NCBI GenBank assembly: GCA_964016885.1
Contig: OZ024746.1
Coordinates: forward strand, 79,670,001-79,734,000
DNA length: 64,000 nt
Source: Eledone cirrhosa
Taxonomy: Eukaryota
Direction of reading: 5' to 3'
Part shown: positions 1 through 13,049 of the stretch, one piece after another
Layout of the letters: the number at the start of each line of letters is the position of its first letter
Numbering within the stretch: the first letter of the stretch is position 1
Notes under the pieces: generated by a model
What the model was told of the DNA's origin: nothing
Databases searched by the model: none
Seen by the model: only the letters and a program-made list of their open reading frames with translations
Position numbers and translations under genes: made by a program

Positions 1-13
1 TATAGAGAGAGAG

Positions 14-400
14 AGAGAAAATTGAGGTTGGTAATGGCACATGGAATATATAAGAGACAGAATACTTTTTTGTGAAAAAACATAATTTTATAAGGTAAGG
101 AAATAATAAAGGGTATAAAAAATGACCGGTTTCGATGGGTCTGCAAAAGCCATCTTTTCAAATGAAATCCCACAATGAATTTTATACTTGAATTTTCAAG
201 TCTCAAATTTTAACTCTTCGTATTATTAATTTTTCTTAATATTAATCAACATTTGAAAAGATGGCTTTTGCAGACCCATCGAAACCGGTCATTTTTTATA
301 CCCTTTATTATTTCCTTACCTTATAAAATTATGTTTTTTCACAAAAAAGTATTCTGTCTCTTATATATTCCATGTGCCATTACCAACCTCAATTTTCTCT
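14..400. mobile_element. PLE-type terminal remnant as a ~150-bp near-perfect inverted repeat (14-164 / 250-400), with an HHR-like motif in each arm
   Basis: Arms are reverse complements. The + arm reads TTGAAAA-gatgg..ccatc-GAAA-ccgg-TC (253-290); stem I is weak. Next to (GA)n and (TA)n. Confidence 0.7.
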
Positions 401-431
401 ATAACCTTCGTTTTGTGTAGAAAATTACACT

Positions 432-476
<45 letters not shown>

Positions 477-481
<5 letters not shown>

Positions 482-605
482 CGGATCTAGCTGTTGAAAC
501 GGCAGGAGCTCCGAATCCTTCATATTACCCAGTCTACTACCACAAGCATCGAGTACTCTGGTGTGTAATGATCTAACTGGTTTTTACTGCATTCATTCTG
601 ATTTA
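477..605 (+). mobile_element. Diverged copy of the (TA)n-embedded palindromic mini-element family (see 1932-2114)
   Basis: gttgaaacggc..tattacccagtctactacc..gagtactctggtg matches the family body. Confidence 0.65.
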
Positions 606-620
606 TGTATATATATCTAG

Positions 621-825
<205 letters not shown>

Positions 826-1190
826 TGCATACATATATCAAAGCTTTATCTCAAGAAAAAAAAAAATCAATTTGTTTAATGGAGGCACACACATAATCGA
901 TATAAATCTACCCATGTTTTGTAAAACAATCGAAACAAATGAAAGTTATCTAAGCCGGAAGAATGAAAGAAAAAAAGGCGACTTCAACGAGATGTGAAAT
1001 TAAAACATTAAGTTATTGATATAAATTGATACAGAAAATCTCTCTCTGGCTATTGGTCTATTGTCTGAGTCATCATATTGGAGTTGGTTATATCAAGACA
1101 TATATAACTATATATGACTTGATAACATGTTTACAAGAGGAATTATGTAATACATTATCGAGTGCAATATATATCTCTGTATCGTATATG

Positions 1191-1239
<49 letters not shown>

Positions 1240-1263
1240 ATGGATATATATATAAGATATATA

Positions 1264-1374
<111 letters not shown>

Positions 1375-1417
1375 GTTAAATAAAAAGTCAAATGTTTAAA
1401 ATTTAGCTTCGTTTATT

Positions 1418-1472
1418 ACTGCTATATATATTTCAGTGACAGCCATCTTTGGCTGTGACCTCTTCAGGCAGT
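1418..1472 (-). ncRNA. Minimal type I hammerhead ribozyme, canonical core
   Basis: Minus strand: actgc-CTGAAGA-ggtcacagcc aaagat ggctgtcact-GAAA-tatata-TA-gcagt. 5-bp stem I, ~9-bp stem II, palindromic stem III. Confidence 0.85.
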
Positions 1473-1674
1473 CCGAATTAGTGTGGTATAGACAAGTACA
1501 TATGTTGTTGAGGTGTATAATTTTGTCAATACTCTGATATGCCCAGTTCCTGGTTAGGTTGTTATTTCACTGAGATATACATACACACATACACACATAC
1601 ACACACACACATATATATATATATATGTATATATATAGGTAACATGAATATAACAACTTCCACATTTATTACAT

Positions 1675-1795
1675 AATTGACACATGTTTCGCCAATTAAG
1701 AGGTAAACAAAATCTGCTAGTCCAATGGGATCTATCGGAAAATTCAATTTACAATATTCTGCGACAGCACCGTTGTAAATCAGCTTTTCAGAATT
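1675..1795 (-). ncRNA. HHR-like motif with long stem II insert and C3/A8 mismatch (probably inactive)
   Basis: Minus strand: aatt-CTGAAAA-gctgatt..(~80 nt)..aattggc-GAAA-catgtg-TC-aatt. Confidence 0.55.
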
Positions 1796-1850
1796 TAACA
1801 AAGTTTACATTTATGCCTGTATATATACTGTCTCACTCTCTCTTTCTTTC

Positions 1851-1931
<81 letters not shown>

Positions 1932-1932
<1 letters not shown>

Positions 1933-2110
1933 ACGAAGGAAATGTGGTAAGGAACCAGGTGGACCATAACGCACCAAAGTACTCAATACTTGAGGTAGTA
2001 GAGTGGGTAATAGGAACCAGTAAGACCCCGACAGCTGAGCTCAAGCCGTTTCGACGGCTAATTCTGGACGTCGAAACGGCTTGAGCTCAGCTGTCGGGGT
2101 CTTACTGGTT

Positions 2111-2114
<4 letters not shown>
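1932..2114. mobile_element. Palindromic mini-element in (TA)n (PLE-derived, HHR 3' half)
   Basis: Perfect 46-bp inverted arms 2011-2056 / 2069-2114; the body recurs six more times in the window. Confidence 0.8.
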
Positions 2115-2183
<69 letters not shown>

Positions 2184-2199
2184 ACACACCACATACATA

Positions 2200-2368
2200 C
2201 CGTATTTCCCGGCGTCGAAGACGCTACTTTTTGCCTAAAATAAGTCTCAAAAATCTATCATGCGTCCTGGAGGCCGAAGGTTGTTTATTATTTTTTTTTT
2301 TAATTTGGGGTTGTCAAAATTAGGGTGCGTCCTAGGGGACAGAGCGTCTTCTGCGCTGGGAAATACGG
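2200..2368. mobile_element. Tc1/mariner (pogo-like) MITE
   Basis: TIRs ccgtatttcccggcg / cgctgggaaatacgg with TA on both sides. Confidence 0.8.
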
Positions 2369-2981
2369 TACATATATAAACTTAAGAAAATTAACAGGGG
2401 ACAAGACAACGAACGGAAACAAAACAAAACGAAAATCATTTTTTAAAGGGTAATCTTTAAAAAATTATAAAAAAAATTAAAAAATACAAAAGAAGGACAC
2501 AGAACTCCATAGTCATAGGCCGTTGAGATGGACTTTGGTAGTTTCGACCCCTACCAAAGATACTGTTGGTCCACTCGGTGTCACAGTGTCTGACATAAGT
2601 CAAATGCTGTTCAGTGGAGTAAGCGACGAGAGACAAAACATTCATTATAACAATTAAGCTAAATACACATGGAATTTATATATGTATATATACATATATA
2701 TATATGTATGAAGCATGGATTATTATAAAATTAAACAAAATAAGGGAGATAATCTGATAACTAAAGTGTTCTCATTTCGATATAGTTATATCTAATCCGA
2801 CGTTAGTGCGACCTCGCGTAGCTACGGTGGGAGGGAGGTAGTTTCTGAGAAAGAATTCTTTTACAACAAATGATGAAGAAATATATTGTTTTGATTTGTG
2901 GATCATGGATTCAGAGGTTAAATCTATATCGCATATCTCTGATTCTCCTTTTCTTTCGTTGCACTCATTTACACACACACA

Positions 2982-3016
<35 letters not shown>

Positions 3017-3058
3017 GCGCGCGCACACACACACTCAAACACACATACTCAAACACAT

Positions 3059-3089
<31 letters not shown>

Positions 3090-3145
3090 CATATACTGAT
3101 ACATTTATAGGTTAATACTTATATATTTATATGTATGTATATATG

Positions 3146-3388
<243 letters not shown>

Positions 3389-3640
3389 ATGGAAAAAAAT
3401 GAAACGAAATTTTATTTCTCACTCAGTCTTAGTACGGCTGTTACTTAAATATAAGTATGTATACGTACATACATATATGTATACAGACGTACAGTAGTAT
3501 GTATATATATACATACATGTATCGTTTTCGGTGCGCCCGGCCGATTAACTCACTCGATATGCAAATTAGGCTGCTCAGCCGTTAATATGCATAAGGAAAG
3601 TATATACTTTCAGACGTTCAGTCATCTGGCAGGAAGGTAT

Positions 3641-3683
3641 ACGGTGCTGACGATAGCTAATAAGCTTGAAACTAGTACATCGT
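3641..3683 (+). ncRNA. Minimal type I hammerhead ribozyme, canonical core
   Basis: acggtg-CTGACGA-tagc taataa gctt-GAAA-ctag-TA-catcgt. 6-bp stem I, palindromic stem III. Confidence 0.8.
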
Positions 3684-4231
3684 TCCTTTGTCAGTGTTGA
3701 ACAAAAGGGCAACTATGGTTGCTAAACACTGTACGGCTTAATTCGGGATGTTTGTTTACAAACAAACCGAGCATTATAATAAATCCATACGTACATATAT
3801 ATATATGTGTCCATGTATGTATATATATACATACTACTGTACGTCTGTATACATATATGTATGTACGTATACACACTTATATATATATATATATATATTT
3901 GGTCGTAGCTAAGATAAAGGTTCAAAAGCAACTGATGTAGCTATAGCTCAAGTATCACCTTATACAGCGATACCGAAGTATTACATAACAGATTGTGGGT
4001 GGCTGAAGAGTCAAGAATTCTTTGTCTTGTAGTCTTCGTGTGTTTGTGATCATTTCTTACGAAGTCCTGTAGAAGTCTTTTCTATAATAAAATAAAGATA
4101 CCTGTACTCTACTAATGTAATTCTATGCCACCAAGCATTTAGTCCGACGCTCTACCGATTCTGCCAATATAACCCTTTTTATGCTGCCAATATTATTACT
4201 ATTCTTATGAGCCAAGAGTTATATATATGTA

Positions 4232-7200
4232 TATGGCTGGGCAAGGTACGACGGTCAAGCGGTAGTAGATGGCGGACGCTATAAAAGTGTTCTCCACCTC
4301 TACTCGACCTTTCAAGGATAGTTTGCACTCGACTCACTTCTGGGTGAGTGCAAACACCTTGGCCGTCACCTCGTTCCAGTTCTTCTCCACCTGGAAGTCC
4401 GGACCAAACCAGACCCCGAGCAGCTTTACCGGTCCTTCCGTCCAGCGTCCGACGACGCCATCGGAAGGCATAGGTTTGCCTCTCCACGTTCCGAGTTGCA
4501 AACCGATGGACTTGTCCCGGTTCAGCTTCGCTCCTCTGAACCTTTCGTATTCCTTCAGTAAGGTACCGACTTCCTCGATTTGCGACACCATTACTGTCAC
4601 GTCGTCGGCGTAGGCCAACGCCGCTTTCCGCAGTCCCGGATCCAGATGGATGCCCTGCAATAGCTCCAACTTCCGCAGTAGTGGCTCGAGAGTCAGTACG
4701 TACAGAAGGGAGGAGAGAGGGCATCCCTGTCGAATGGATCGCGTGATATGGAACGGCTCCAAGAGGTAGCCGTTCACCTTGACCCTTGAGCTGATGTTGC
4801 TGCTGTGCATTGCAGCAATCCAGCCCCTGAACACGGGTCCGAAGCCTGCCGCCTCGAGCACCGCTTCCAGGTAACGATGGTCAACCCTATTGAAAGCCTT
4901 TGACTGATCCAAGTTGATCAGGGCCCCACCGAAGACGGGTTTACACCCTACCATCTCTATGATGTATCGCATGAAGTGGAGGTTGTCGTGTATGGACCTG
5001 GTCGGGATTGCGCATGTCTGTGCTTCTCCCACCAGGTTCTCGACGACAAGCGCCAGCCTCTTTGCCAACACCTTGGCCAAAATGTGTAACTCTGTGTTTA
5101 GCAGAGTTATGGGCCGGAAGTTGCCTATGTCATCCCCCTTATTCTCGTCCTTCCTGACTAGTGTGACTACGGCCCCGGTTACAGAACTGGGAATTCTCCC
5201 GTTCTGCTACCAGTTGCAGTAGACTGCTTCCAGGAGACCGGAAAATAAGTCCGGCATTGCTACGTAAAATTCGTAGGGTAGACCGTCGAGACCTGGCGAT
5301 TTGCGTTTGCCGCATTGGCTCAGCGCGTCCCCTATCTCAGCGGCTGAAATCGGCTTTTCGCAGAATTTTGTCTCGCTGTCCGAGAGTCGCGGTAGGCCGT
5401 CGAGGTATGGACCGAAATCCATAGACCCTCCCAGCGCGCCGCCCTGCCCGAACAGTTGAGCAAAGTGCCGCTGAAATGCCACACACATTTGCTTCGGCTC
5501 ACGTATCACGCGTCCGTCTTGGTCCTTCAAAGACCGAATCGTGGACTTGTTGCCACTTTTTGCCTCCGTCACTCGGGCCCAGCTAACAGCTTTGGCTCCC
5601 TCGTTTCCCAGAGCACGTATTTTGCTTCTGACAACGCAGCCCTCTGGCTTTGCGTCGAAGAACTGGTCCAAGGCCGTTCTTGTTGCTAGCATGCTGGCTA
5701 CATTGCCTCTTCTACTTTATCTACCAGTTCCTTCTCGGTTCTATTTCTATCTAACGCTAATTCTTTACTAAAAACTAACGAGTCTAATTTAACTGCCCTC
5801 TTGAGAGAGTACCACCATCTGTTGTTGACAATAGCCCCTGTCAAGTGCTGTTTAACTAAAGTGCTAATCCATCTACTGTAGGCTTTGCATGTCGGTAACG
5901 ACAAGTTCAGCTTCCATTAGCCGGGTCCTTGTCTATGGGTTCTATCTGGGTTGACCATGCAGGTCACTAGTTTGTGATCTGAATAGGCAACCATGAACAT
6001 TTGTGGACAGCTTAACATGTCCCTATCCTTATTTCTAACTAGAACCCTATCTAGGTACGATCTAGATGTTCCGCTGAGATTAGTCCACAGTGGCACAGTC
6101 GGAAAATCTAGTCGATACCTATCGGCCAGGTCAAATCGGCCGATTAACTGTTTGAGGCTGTTACACCCCCCCCCCCTTTATCGAGACATGCTCCCACATA
6201 GTCCCAACGTGCATCTAGGATTCCATTCTAGTCCCCCACTAAAAGCAAGGAGCGGGACGTTCTCAGAAAAAGTCTCTAGACGTTTGAAGAAGTCTGACCG
6301 CGGTGTCCGGGATGGGGCATATGCGGCCACCAGCCTGAAGGCTCCACCTTCACTACCGTCAACGTCTAGGACCACCAGTCGACCCTCCGGATCCAGATGT
6401 ACCGTCTGTGTTACGAGGCCCAGGTGTATCCGCAGCAAAACGGCAACCCCGCCCCCACCCCCGGCTGACAGAGAGATGCGTAGATCTCAAAGTCATCGAA
6501 GATGGGGGCCAGCTGTCGCTCGCTGTGGATCCTCGACTCGCAAATGGCTACTACATCCATACTGTGCGACCTGAGGTCGTTTAAGAGTTTGCCCTGTTTC
6601 CAGGGCATCCCCAGGCCGCGTATATTCACACATCCAACTCTTATATTGGCCATGTTGGTTCTGAAAATTTAAAAGAAGAGAAGAAAACACTCACCTCTTC
6701 GTCTCCCGGGGATCAGGCCGCACGGTTTCCATGGGGATGTTAGAGGGGTTGTCTGGGTGGGTGGTGGTTCCCGGCAGGCTGGGGACGGAGATGTTTGCTG
6801 GGTGGGGGTGTCTGGGTGAGGGTGGGGAAACTTTTTAAAAGGACGCGGTTAATGGGTTTAACACAAGGATTACCCACGTCCTTAGGAAAGTTTTCCTTTA
6901 AAGACTTATAGGTGTCCGTAGGGACCCTAATCATCTTTAAATTAGGTTTGTCTACACAGTTCGAAAAAGTTTTCACCGAAGGGTCGTTGGAGATGACCTC
7001 CATTAAAGTTTTGTTTTTACTGTTTATGTATGTGTAATGTTCTTGTTGTGTTGCGGTGGTTTTTGTCTGTTGTTCTTGTGGGAGCTTTCGTTTTGTTGTA
7101 GGTGTTTGTGTTTGGAGTGATGTCGTGGTCTTGTTTTCGGGAAGGGGGGTTTTTGTTTGTAATGTTTGTGTTGTTTGTGTTGGTGGTTGTATGTTTGTAG

Positions 7201-7740
7201 TGATGTTTGTTTTTTTTTTTGTTCTTGTGGTGTCTTTTCTTATTTCTTTTCGAACGAAGAGGCTCTCCCTCATCGTCACTTGGTGATGATGTGGGGGCCT
7301 CGTCCGTTGTGGTGTCTGTGTTATTTGGAAGGGGTATGTTTTGGGGAGCTGTTGTGTTTGTGGGTGTTTTTGTAGTGGTTTTAGGTGGAGTGGGGTTGGG
7401 TGGGACTGTGCTTGCAGGTTGGGTTGTTGTTCTTGTTTTGGTTATGTTTGCGTGTTGTTGTTGTTGTTGTTGTGGTGGTGGTGGTGGTGGTTGTGTTGTT
7501 GTTTTGGGTGTTGGCAGTAGTGCCTCTTTTTTTGTAGTTAACTGAGGACAGTAAGCTTTCAGGTGACCACTGCTTAAACAGTGGTAACATGAAGGTCGCC
7601 TACCCTCAACAGAAATGTTTATGTGTGAAATTCCATCCAGAGGCACACGTTGGGGGTATTTTAGCTATCCGTTCTGGCCTCATTTGGACCAGAACTTCCA
7701 TGCTTGTACCATTGAATGTGCCTCTGGAGGACTTTCCCAT
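4232..7740 (-). mobile_element. Decayed L1/Tx1-like LINE (ORF1 remnant + ORF2), 3'-truncated
   Basis: ORF1 zinc knuckle CYHCLSSGHLKAYC; APE start MANIRVGCVNIRGL (6653); KSPGLDGLPYEFY; RT motifs LDQSKAFNRV, IRQGCPLS, YADD; multiple frameshifts and stops. Confidence 0.92.
4334..6653 (-). pseudogene. Frameshifted Tx1-like ORF2 (APE + RT)
   Basis: Collinear ORF fragments 6411-6653, 6178-6438, 5698-5904, 5207-5692 and 4334-5080. Confidence 0.88.
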
Positions 7741-8152
7741 CGAAATGATGGTGTCTTCGTCGAAATCGATGTAGATAGATAAATGAATCTTTTCCAAATA
7801 TAAATATAGAAAGTCTATGTAAATAGAAAAAAAACTGAAATAAAAAAAAAATGAAATAGATAAAAAGAATGAATGAAAGAATGAACGAGTGAAAGGAAGA
7901 AATGCTGACTGGAAGAAAGAAGAAGAAGGATAGAGGGATGCATTAGAAATCTATAGAAAATAATAAAAAGTGGATTATTTTTTATAGTAATAATCTCTCC
8001 TTGGTTTTAGCATCTAGCAAAGATAAGAAAAGATTGATAATTTGTAATGATCTTAGATGACTTATAAAAAATTAAACATATACATTACGAGGAATGGGGA
8101 AAAGAGGAGGAGAGGAGGAGAAGAGTGGCTGAAGTGCATGTAAGATAATGAA

Positions 8153-8234
<82 letters not shown>

Positions 8235-8649
8235 CGATAGATAGATATAGATGGATAGATAGCTGGATGTATAGATAGATTGTGTATGTGTGTGTGTAAG
8301 AGAGAGAGTGAGAGAGAGAGCGAAAAAGAGAAAGAGAGATATAGAGTGAGTGAGAAAGAGAGAGAGAGAGAGAGAGAGTGTGTGTGTGTGTGCGTGTGTG
8401 TGTGTGAGAGAGAGAGAAAGAAAGAGAGAGTGTGTGTGTGAGAGAGCGAGAACGTCCGCTGTGAACTGAAGAAAAGATTTTTTAATCGTTGCTTTATTTT
8501 ATAGCAAAATATTGGTTTTAACATTGAATCTATTTGTGAGTTGCTTAGTACAAGTTCATATATAGATACATGCAAAGACACCTCTACATACTTTGTATAC
8601 AGGCACGCTTGAGTTGTGAGTAGTGTTCTAGTTATTCGAACATTGAGAC

Positions 8650-8880
8650 AGTTTCCTCGTTAAATTAATGTGCAAGAAACTAAGCATCCCACAGATAGAT
8701 ACATGTACTCTTAGACTGGTCATTTGAATAACAGTTACACATTATGTTTGCTAGCTGAGTGTACTGGAGCAACGTGAAATGAAATGTCTTGTTCAGAAGC
8801 ACACTACGCCACTAGTAATGAAGCTCACGACTTTACGACCATGAGCTGAACACGCTAACAACTAAGTCACCCACCTCCAT
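8650..8880 (-). mobile_element. Diverged tRNA-derived SINE, family B
   Basis: Reverse complement resembles the 18338-18662 element (gctgagtgtactggagcaacgtgaaatgaaatgtcttg). Confidence 0.6.
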
Positions 8881-9233
8881 ACAAGAACCTACACATATAA
8901 ACACATAGAAATTACATTAAGGAACAGTCACTTTACATTGTAACCGTTTAAGAAGAGAAGAAAATATTTCACATTTATTTTATTTCTTAAATAGTAGCCT
9001 ATTATGAAGTGTCAAAAGGTTTCGTCGTATGTTAGAGGCTTGGTCCCTGATGCTGTTCCACAACAAATAAGTAACTTTATGCTAGATTGTACTATCAAGA
9101 AACAAAGGAATATTGAATGTCATTTGCTAAGCAACTAAAGTTCTTATACACTGTATATATATATATAGTGCTCGCCTTCCAATATATATCGGGAATCCAC
9201 ATATATACACACGCACACACACACACATCTACA

Positions 9234-9303
<70 letters not shown>

Positions 9304-9319
9304 TGTGAGCGCTTGACAT

Positions 9320-9845
9320 TATTCCAGGCGCCAGGCGCCGTGTCTCAGAATATAAAACAGACATGATCGAACATATGCCGTCACCGACAGAGAGAATGTT
9401 ACCATCCTATGGGATTACATAGTACATAGAGACAAGCAAATAAATGATAACAAGCCAGACATCATTATCAAAGACCTAAAACAGAAAACATGCCTGTTAA
9501 TTCATGTAGGGGTGCCTACTGATAGAAACTTCTCAACAAAAGAATTTGTGGAACTATCTAAATACAAAGACATTGAGATTGAGATATCTAGGATGTGGCA
9601 ATTAAAAACCAAAATCATCCCTTTTGTTGCGGCTACCCTGGGAATGATCAAAATAGGTACTGACAAATTCTTTAACCAGATCCCAGCGAAATATCTACGA
9701 GGTTCAAAAATTGTGCTGACTTCAAACGCTCACCTTTTCGAGAAGTTTCTCTCCATCTAATGTATACATGCCTTAGGTCTCTGGCTGAGACGTGGCCGGA
9801 AGATGAGATAAAATGGTAATCTAACGAAAAATAATAATAATGATA
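9320..9845 (+). mobile_element. 5'-truncated R4/Dong-like LINE (RLE domain + TAA tail)
   Basis: Translates to TILWDY..NKPDIIIKD..VGVPTD..SKYKDIEIEISRMW, homologous to the C-terminus of the 52657 ORF; ends in (taa)n. Confidence 0.85.
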
Positions 9846-9846
9846 A

Positions 9847-10310
9847 TTATTTCTACTTTTGGCACAAGGCCAACATTTATCCCGGCGTATTACTGGTACT
9901 TTAATGATAATAATAATGATTTCTGGTATAGGCACAAGGCCAGTAATTTGGAGGAGGGGAGAGTACCCAGCACTTTACTGGTGCTTTATTTTATCGACCC
10001 CGTATGGACGAAAGGCAAGGTTTACCAAGGAGGGATTTTAACTCAGACCGTAAAGGAACGTAACTCTATGCTGCAAAGCATGGTGTCCGACTCTCTACCG
10101 ATAATGCCAATCCACCGCTCTATTTAATGATAATAATAATAATTGTTTCTACTTTAGGCACAAGGCCAGCAATTTGGGGTAGGGAAAAGTTGCTTCAATC
10201 AACCCCTGTGCTTACTGGTACTTTATTTTATCGATCCCGTAAGTATGAAAGGCAAAGCTATCCTCGGCGGGATTTGAACTCAGAACGTAAAGGGCCATAA
10301 CCTTTTTCCA
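9847..10310 (-). mobile_element. Three tandem family A SINE copies/fragments (tRNA head, Nin/Deu-like core)
   Basis: Repeated tttcta-ggcacaaggcc..actggtactttattttatcgaccccgta..gaaaggcaa motif. Confidence 0.85.
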
Positions 10311-10654
10311 CGATGCATAATAATATATTCTGTAATATTTGCAAAATCATGGCGATGATTATGAACTTGTATCTAACTTCAGTCGTCAATGCGGTTCCTC
10401 ATTCTCTGAGTCAATAAAAGATAGATTTTTAAAATGTCCTATCCCCACATCACCTACATAAAGTGAGCCTGTGGCTAAGTAAGGGATCGATATCATTTGC
10501 ATGATTGGACTCTGAGTGAGATTAAGTAACATGGTTATAAAATGGGGAGTCATTTTGACGAGGATAAATGCTTAGTTTTTCCGTTTATAATGCATGAATA
10601 CAGATTGGTAACATAACATTTACCAAACATATTAATCTATCATTGGTGAACGCG

Positions 10655-10760
10655 AGTAATTCGGTGGTTTAGGTGTTCGACTCACGATCGTAGAGTCGTG
10701 AATTTGAGTTCCAGCGACGCATTCTGTTCTTGAGCAAGACACATTTCCCGATATATTTCA
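10655..10760 (+). mobile_element. SINE family B 5' fragment
   Basis: tRNA-like head followed by gttcttgagcaagacac. Confidence 0.5.
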
Positions 10761-11265
10761 GTAGTAAGAATAGACACAATTTCTCTCCCTCTCTCTCTCT
10801 ATCTCTCTCTGTCTCCCCCCCCCTCTCTATCTCTCTCTGCCCCCCCCCCCCCTCTCTCTCTCTCTCTCTCAAGATTGTATTTGTAATTCAAAAATGTCTT
10901 GAGTTACACAATCGTAACCTTAAGGGTAGACCTCTTTCCAGAACCTCCGAACTAACTGTTTTCCATAAACACTATAAATGGGTACAGAAACAGGTTAAAC
11001 CGCCTCAGCTTAAGAGTACACACTAATTTCACAAGATGAAATCCACTAGGTCGAATAACTGAACATTCATCGAAGAGACCGGTGGAGAATCCACCATTAT
11101 GGTTCTTTTTCTGTGTAGCAGCAGTAGTAGTAGTAGTAGTAGTAGTAGCAGCAGCAGTAGTAGTAGTAGCAGTAGTAGTAGTAGCAGTAGTAGTAGTAGT
11201 AGCAGCAGTAGTAGTAGTAGTAGTAGCAGCAGCAGAGCAGTAGTAGTAGTAGTAGTAGTAGTAGT

Positions 11266-11360
<95 letters not shown>

Positions 11361-11638
11361 CGGTGGTGGTGGTGTACGCTTGAATTGTCCTTTTATTTCC
11401 TGTTGATCTATTTTTTTTTATTTTTTGCTGTCTTATATTTTTGTTATTGTTGTCTATAGTGTTGTTAGTGCCTTTGTTGTTGTTGATATTGTTGCTGTCG
11501 GTGCTGCAACTCTTGTTAACGCTTTTATTGCTATCATATATCTACAAATATGGTGAAGATGGCGTCTGATTCTTCATATATATATATATCGATAAATATA
11601 AAAGTTTCTATATGTCTATCTCTCTGCCTTTTTTTCTT

Positions 11639-11671
<33 letters not shown>

Positions 11672-11833
11672 TTCTCTCTGCCTTTCTTTCTTTCTCTCTC
11701 TCTAGCTTTCTCTCTCTCTCTCTCTTTCTCTCTGTCTTTCTTTCTTTCTCTCACTCACTCACACTCTCTATCCCCTGTCTCCCTCTATCTCTTTTTTTTC
11801 TTTCTTTCTTTCTTTCTACCTCTCACTCACACT

Positions 11834-11865
<32 letters not shown>

Positions 11866-12191
11866 CGCCACACATGCACACAGTCGGTGTCTATATATAT
11901 GTATATGTGTATAAATCCATACACATGAACGTATGCTCACATATATTCATATAACTATATACAGAAAAGCACGTGTGTATTCTTGATAAAGTTATGCGCA
12001 GAGACAGTAGGGTACACATTAGCACACACACACACACGCACACACTCACACACACATACACACAGACACACACACACACAAACACACAAACACACACACA
12101 CACACAAACACATACGCAAACACACACATGCACACACACACACACACACATACATGTACGCAAACACACACATACACATACATACATATAC

Positions 12192-12230
<39 letters not shown>

Positions 12231-12370
12231 CATACATAGATACATGCATCAGACACACACACACACACATACATACAAACACACAAACACATACGCAAAC
12301 ACACACATGCACACACACACACACATACATACATATACGCAAACACACACATACACATACATACATATAC

Positions 12371-12417
<47 letters not shown>

Positions 12418-12759
12418 CATAGATACATACATCATGCATACATACATAAATACACACACACATATACTCACCCACATACATACATACACCATACATACAA
12501 TATATATACATACGTACATATAGATATATTGTATTAAAAAATGTCTTTCCATCCGTTCCTTATCCCCCGCCCTGCGTCGTATCTGACAGTCTTTCAAGGT
12601 CAGTGTGGGTCAAATAATCTATATAGATAATTTTTATTTATTTGTTTACTCACTTATTTTATGTCTATTTCATTATTGTATTTCCTTGTATATTTCTATT
12701 CTTTGGATACATTTTTATATTTTTGATATTTCTTCTACTTATTGTTTTATTTATTATTC

Positions 12760-12839
<80 letters not shown>

Positions 12840-12860
12840 ATTGTTGTTACTATTATTATG

Positions 12861-12919
<59 letters not shown>

Positions 12920-13049
12920 CATCATCATCATCATCATCATCACCAGTACTATTATTATTAGTTGTTCTCTGGATCTGATGTTGTAATGAATGCGTCATTG
13001 TGGCGCGTCAAATTCTTCCACCAATAAAGATATGATTCTTCTTCTGTAA

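Noticed and set aside
2525-2620. Minus-strand HHR (GAAA-ctaccaaag-TC)
   Set aside because: No acceptable core or stem II upstream
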